DNA of 64,000 nucleotides, taken from Nitrososphaeria archaeon (GTDB taxonomy: Archaea > Thermoproteota > Nitrososphaeria > JACIWG01). The notes below the pieces were generated by a model. The model was not told the DNA's origin. It searched no databases and was given only the letters and a program-made list of their open reading frames with translations. Positions 59,615 to 64,000 of the stretch are shown here, piece by piece. The position numbers and the translations under genes were made by a program. How positions within the stretch are numbered: position 1 is the stretch's first letter; each line of letters begins with the position of its first letter. The stretch is from contig CAVXDT010000009.1 of NCBI GenBank assembly GCA_963760525.1, positions 15,611 through 79,610 of the forward strand, read 5' to 3'.

Positions 59615-59825
59615 TGGACAAAAGCACTTGAAGCCAATTATTTAAATGTAATGCTAGAGAAAATTGAGATTGCAAATTTCTTCTTATATTTTGCATATTT
59701 TATGTTCGATAATTGCAGTTCTTTTTTTGCCAATAACTAGCGATCACATTTTTATCTTGACATAGAAAATAAATGGATGTACAAGATTTATATAGAAACA
59801 AATTGATTGGCAATAGCTGAATTTC

Positions 59826-60275
59826 ATGACCATTCTAGAAATAGGTTCTAAGCTGCCAGATATTGAGGTATTAGACCAAAGTGGAAAAAGATCGAATTTA
59901 AGGGAACTTGTAGGAAAACCTACCGTAGTCTACTTTTATCCAAAGGATCAGACACCAGGCTGCATTAAGGAGGCTTGTTCATTTAGAGACACAAGAAGCA
60001 TGTTTCAAGGTGTAAATGTTATAGGCGTGAGCACGCAAAGCATAGGTTCCCATGACAGATTTGCCAGGAAATATGGATTGAATTTCCCTTTGATAGCAGA
60101 TGAAGACAAACGTGTATCGAAATTCTTTGGCGTACTGAGGGAAACTGGGGTTGCAAACAGAACCACATTCATCTTTGATAAGGATGGAACATTAGTGTTC
60201 GTATATCCAAAGGTGGACCCCGAAGAACATGCAATGGAAGTTCTAAACAAGATAAGAGAACTTAAACTAGTATAA
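59826..60275 (+). CDS. bcp: Peroxiredoxin Q/BCP
   Basis: YFYPKDQTPGCIKEAC, RTTF. Confidence 0.93.
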   Translation: MTILEIGSKLPDIEVLDQSGKRSNLRELVGKPTVVYFYPKDQTPGCIKEACSFRDTRSMFQGVNVIGVSTQSIGSHDRFARKYGLNFPLIADEDKRVSKFFGVLRETGVANRTTFIFDKDGTLVFVYPKVDPEEHAMEVLNKIRELKLV

Positions 60276-60294
60276 TACGCATACACCAGTATTT

Positions 60295-61476
60295 TCATAA
60301 TTCCGTTTTTCTTGCTCCTTCTACCATATTCTTCAATTTCTGCATTATGATTTTCCAATCCCTTCTTGTTCTCAGTCCACAGTCAGGATTAACAGCGATC
60401 TTGGAGGAATCTCCTATGATCTTGTGGACATAAAGAAGACGATCTCTAATCAGCTCAGGCGATTCTACCAGAGTATTGTTTACCATCTTGGCATTTTCCC
60501 CAATTTCGCCTTCAAAATCATGCACATTGAGCACGCCAATGCCAAATGCCCCAGCGTAGCCATTTTCTACAAACTTTCTGAGATGAGAATACCCAGGCCT
60601 GTCTTGGATGCCAGTTCCCAGTCTCAAGCTATCTCTGTTTGCAAATTCCAGTGTCAACTGACAACAGTTCTTAAGCTCGGGAGCATACTTGGCAAGAATC
60701 GAGTAGTCGCTATAACAGTTGTGGAGGCTGAACTTTGAAGGGAAACCTTTTGTCAGAGTATTGAATGATTCCACAAATATCTGCATTTCTTCTTTTTGTG
60801 TATGACATGCGGCAGCAGGTTCGTCGATTTGAATTCGTTCAGCACCATTCTCAACGAGTTCTTTGATTTCTGGCCGAAGAACTTTTTCTACTAGATCGAA
60901 AACAAGCTCGGCTTTTGCCTTCTGTTTTGCTTCTTTAAGTGAACCAGCTTGATCTAAATTCTTTCTCATGTAATAGTCATTGAGTGTCCAGTCTGCTAGA
61001 GTATATGGGCCAATTATTGGAACCTTCAATTGCCTTTTTGCAATTGACTTTGCAAGCTTCAGTTCCTGAAGATATATTGATTTCTTACGAGCTACCGCTT
61101 TGGTAACAGAGGCTATTCTGTAGTACTTGTTATCCAATGATTGGACTTTGCCTGAGAACTTTAGACCGCTTATTTTGCTGGCTGGATGCTCGTACATTTC
61201 AACTCGGAGCATTTCTCCAGTGTAAACTATGTCAAGACCGGTTTTCTCAAGAAATCTAATTGCGTATGTGACAACCCATTTTCTTATTTCAGCTCTCTTT
61301 CTTGGGGAATCTCGCTCTTGCAGCAGTCTAGTAAGCTCATCATTATCAGCGATCTCAAGTTCATCTCCCCAAGATTTCGCTTCTATCAAATCTTCTCTAG
61401 ATACTGATAATCCAGCCCTACTTTTCAGAAACCATGCGGGTTTTGGCAGGCTTCCTACTTCTTGTGTTGTCAGCAT
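60295..61476 (-). CDS. metE: Cobalamin-independent methionine synthase, catalytic (C-terminal) half
   Basis: VGSLPKP, GPYTL, IQIDEPA, Zn ligands HNC, LEFA, NPDCGL. Confidence 0.88.
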   Translation of the reverse strand: MLTTQEVGSLPKPAWFLKSRAGLSVSREDLIEAKSWGDELEIADNDELTRLLQERDSPRKRAEIRKWVVTYAIRFLEKTGLDIVYTGEMLRVEMYEHPASKISGLKFSGKVQSLDNKYYRIASVTKAVARKKSIYLQELKLAKSIAKRQLKVPIIGPYTLADWTLNDYYMRKNLDQAGSLKEAKQKAKAELVFDLVEKVLRPEIKELVENGAERIQIDEPAAACHTQKEEMQIFVESFNTLTKGFPSKFSLHNCYSDYSILAKYAPELKNCCQLTLEFANRDSLRLGTGIQDRPGYSHLRKFVENGYAGAFGIGVLNVHDFEGEIGENAKMVNNTLVESPELIRDRLLYVHKIIGDSSKIAVNPDCGLRTRRDWKIIMQKLKNMVEGARKTEL

Positions 61477-62441
61477 TCTATTTTAGCCTCTATCTCTTCT
61501 CTCAGGAATCTAAGAGCATGAAGTTTTCTGTCAGCTATTTTTCTGGGCAAGTAGTGGAGATCTGTATTTGGACATATCGCTATCTGATTGAATCTAATTC
61601 TGCTTATTATCTCAACAGATTTATCCAACAATTTGGGTGTTTCTTCTATCGGACTTAATGAATCCACTATTCCCAAAGCTAACTTGCATCCTTCGAAATT
61701 GCTTAGAGCATTTGGAGGGGTCTCTGTTAGGTCGACACCCAATTGAACATTATCGAGTTCTAGCATAAGATCCTGTATTTTTGATATGTCACCGAAAAAT
61801 GTGTGGATGATTGTGCGAGACTCGTCATGAATTAGCTTTCCAAGAATTTCAGATATCTGGGAAAAGCATGCCTTATCTGGCTTGAAGCTTTCTGACACAA
61901 GACAGGGCTCCTGAAACATGAAAGTGAGCGTTCTATCTTGAAGGAGTTCTTGTACAAAACCAGAGAGAACCTTTGCATACGCAGACATTAATTCCCAGAA
62001 ATCATGATAGTATCTGTCTTCTGAAAGTTGGGTTAGCGTATATGGACCCGGTAAGATTATCATTTTGTCATAATTGCGGGGGATTGCTTGCAGTCTATAT
62101 GATTTTCTTAGAGGGGTACTTTCTAGTGATAATTCTCCGAGTACAATAGGCTTTCTGTAGAACGTGTTTGTTTCGAACCATCTCGAATAACCTCCTGGGA
62201 TTATGCCTTTCATATTCCTTACAAATGGTCTTAGAGGGTCGGGCCAGCAGAGCATTCCATCAGAGACAATAGTGAGATTCGACCTTATCTGCAGGTTGAC
62301 AAGTGCCCTCGTGTCTTCTGCCCAGTATTTTTGGAGTTGAATTTCACTTAATTCTCCTTTGTCAAATCTCCTAGTTGCTTCTAGTAGCGTATCGGATCTA
62401 GCATGTATTCCAGAAAGAAAAGCGCCTACATCCACATCCAC
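61470..62441 (-). CDS. MetE N-terminal-like half (split MetE partner)
   Basis: SDGML.W.D, RWFETNTFYRKP, PGPYT, QEP, LGIVD; lacks HxC/DCG Zn ligands; overlaps catalytic half. Confidence 0.82.
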   Translation of the reverse strand: MDVDVGAFLSGIHARSDTLLEATRRFDKGELSEIQLQKYWAEDTRALVNLQIRSNLTIVSDGMLCWPDPLRPFVRNMKGIIPGGYSRWFETNTFYRKPIVLGELSLESTPLRKSYRLQAIPRNYDKMIILPGPYTLTQLSEDRYYHDFWELMSAYAKVLSGFVQELLQDRTLTFMFQEPCLVSESFKPDKACFSQISEILGKLIHDESRTIIHTFFGDISKIQDLMLELDNVQLGVDLTETPPNALSNFEGCKLALGIVDSLSPIEETPKLLDKSVEIISRIRFNQIAICPNTDLHYLPRKIADRKLHALRFLREEIEAKIEC

Positions 62442-62535
62442 TTTTTCTAATCAAAGACTTAAAAGGCTTCTTTATTTGAGCAGTTACAAGAAACATTTCA
62501 TTCACAGCACGTCGAAATTGATTTGAATATTTCCA

Positions 62536-63033
62536 TTATATCTTCACAATTCTAACGTTTCTTTTTTCCAGATCAACAATTGCTAAGGTTGATTTTCCTG
62601 TCAAATAGCCACAAAGTTCACCTGGATTAACTAAGATACCTTTTGCGAAGATTTTCTTGACGACTTTGTGCCAGTGTCCGTAGACGACTAAGTCATACAC
62701 CCCATTGGAGGCTAAGACTTCAGCCAGTTCTTCATCTTCGCCATGCATAAGAGCTACCTTATGATTGCCAATCATTACAGTGACCTTGGGCCATATGAGT
62801 GTGCATTTCTTGTTTGTGGACATCATTTCTTTGAGCCTGATCCTTTCTCCATCATTATTGCCAAAGGTAACATAAAGCGGTTGATTCAGAGTAAAGAGGA
62901 GATCCAAGGCAAATGGGCTCACAATGTCACCAGCATGTAGTACGAAATCGACATTTTCTGAGTTTAATAGTGACACCGCCTTCATGATGACTGGAAGATT
63001 GTCGTGTGAATCGCTTATTATACCGACTTTCAA
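62536..63033 (-). CDS. Metallophosphoesterase (YfcE/MJ0936 family)
   Basis: SDSHD, HAGD, GNND, HG, GHWH, NPG. Confidence 0.92.
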   Translation of the reverse strand: MKVGIISDSHDNLPVIMKAVSLLNSENVDFVLHAGDIVSPFALDLLFTLNQPLYVTFGNNDGERIRLKEMMSTNKKCTLIWPKVTVMIGNHKVALMHGEDEELAEVLASNGVYDLVVYGHWHKVVKKIFAKGILVNPGELCGYLTGKSTLAIVDLEKRNVRIVKI

Positions 63034-63100
63034 CTGTCACACACAACATATGCTGCTGCAAAGAACACAATAAGTCTTTCTGCGAGAAACCAGGGAAGAG

Positions 63101-63403
63101 CTATTTGAGAAGACCCAGTACGTCATCCAGAAGTTTGAGGCCACTGTTCAGCTCTTCTTTTCCTTTACTTGTGACTTCGTAATATTTCCTATAATTGCCA
63201 CTTCGTGTTATATACCCTTCTCTTTTGAGCCTATAAAGTACCGAATAGACCGTAATAACTCGGGTATTTATCTTTTATCTGGAGCGAATCTGTTCATATA
63301 GTTCTCTGCTCAGCATTGGCTTCTCTGAAATTAGCTTAATGGCGTAAAGCCAGAGATTGTTCAATATAAGGGACTCCTTGAGTCGGTCGAGAGGTTTCCC
63401 CAT
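63101..63403 (-). CDS. PadR-family regulator missed by the ORF track (in-frame TAA at codon 43)
   Basis: MGKPLDRLKESLILNNLWLYAIKLISEKPMLSRELYEQIRSR*KINTRVITVYSVLYRLKREGYI...RKYYEVTSKGKEEL; TAA at 63275-63277. Confidence 0.8.
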
Positions 63404-63480
63404 ATCTTATTGTGTGTGAACTTGATAATATTTAAGTTAGTCAACAAACATTTATATTAGTAAATATTTATAGCAGTAAC

Positions 63481-64000
63481 ATGTCTAAGATTAAGGTAGC
63501 ACTTGCTGGAATAGGCAACACCGCTTCAGCTTTAGTGCAGTCAACCTTCCTATGTAGAGAAAAAGGAGAAAGCACCTCTTTAGGAGGATACAAAATATCA
63601 GATATAGAATTTGTCGCTGCATTTGATGTTAACAAGAAAAGGTTGGAAAAGATTTGTCAGAAGCCATTTTCGCAAAACCGAACATAACATCAAAATTTGC
63701 CCATATGAAGAAAATTGGGACTATAGTGAAGCAAGGACCTGTGATGGATGGAGTGGCGGATCACATGACAAGCATAATGAATCCTATTTCAGGAGCTTGC
63801 ACCCTTGAAGAAGCATCAAAGGAAATTAAAGAAGCGGATGTTCTACTAAGCCTTCTTCCTGTTGGAAGTGAAAACGCAACTCAATTCTATGCAGAGCAAA
63901 GTTCTTAAAAAGCAGGAATAGCTTTTGTAAACACCATACCTGCATTTATTGCGAGCAATCCTAAATGGAGTATTAAATTTGAAGAAGCGAACTTGCCAGT
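63481..64000 (+). CDS. ino1: myo-inositol-1-phosphate synthase, 5' part (frameshifts near 63640 and 63900; runs off the window)
   Basis: [54 protein letters not shown]. Confidence 0.9.

Overview
Gene-dense, roughly 40% GC archaeal chromosome segment. BRE/TATA promoters, GGTGA/GGAGG ribosome sites and the gene families point to an anaerobic TACK-type archaeon (Bathyarchaeia/Brockarchaeota-like; inference). Many genes carry single-base indels that look like long-read consensus errors. Left to right: sugar/alcohol catabolism (three Zn-ADHs, GH31); a pyrrolysine-free methyltransferase operon (MttB-like, corrinoid protein, MtmB-like) divergent from an opine dehydrogenase and near a RACo activase; two exported proteins with a shared PVGG-TM-basic C-terminus; a catalytically dead rhomboid; TatA with an 11-residue tandem repeat; two glycerate-kinase/non-canonical-enolase pairs around glpK; a HoxEFUYH hydrogenase divergent from a gcvH - flavin disulfide reductase - multi-HdrA/MvhD - HdrCB - MvhGA cluster, followed by lipS1/lipS2 and gcvT; a Liv ABC transporter; Bcp; split MetE; PadR and ino1. 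No rRNA, tRNA, CRISPR array or mobile element was recognised. Best novel-system candidates: (1) a lipoyl-GcvH-coupled Mvh/Hdr module, (2) the duplicated kinase/enolase-variant sugar-acid pathway, (3) the Pyl-free MttB/MtmB plus opine dehydrogenase module. All family calls are by motif recognition from memory, not database search.
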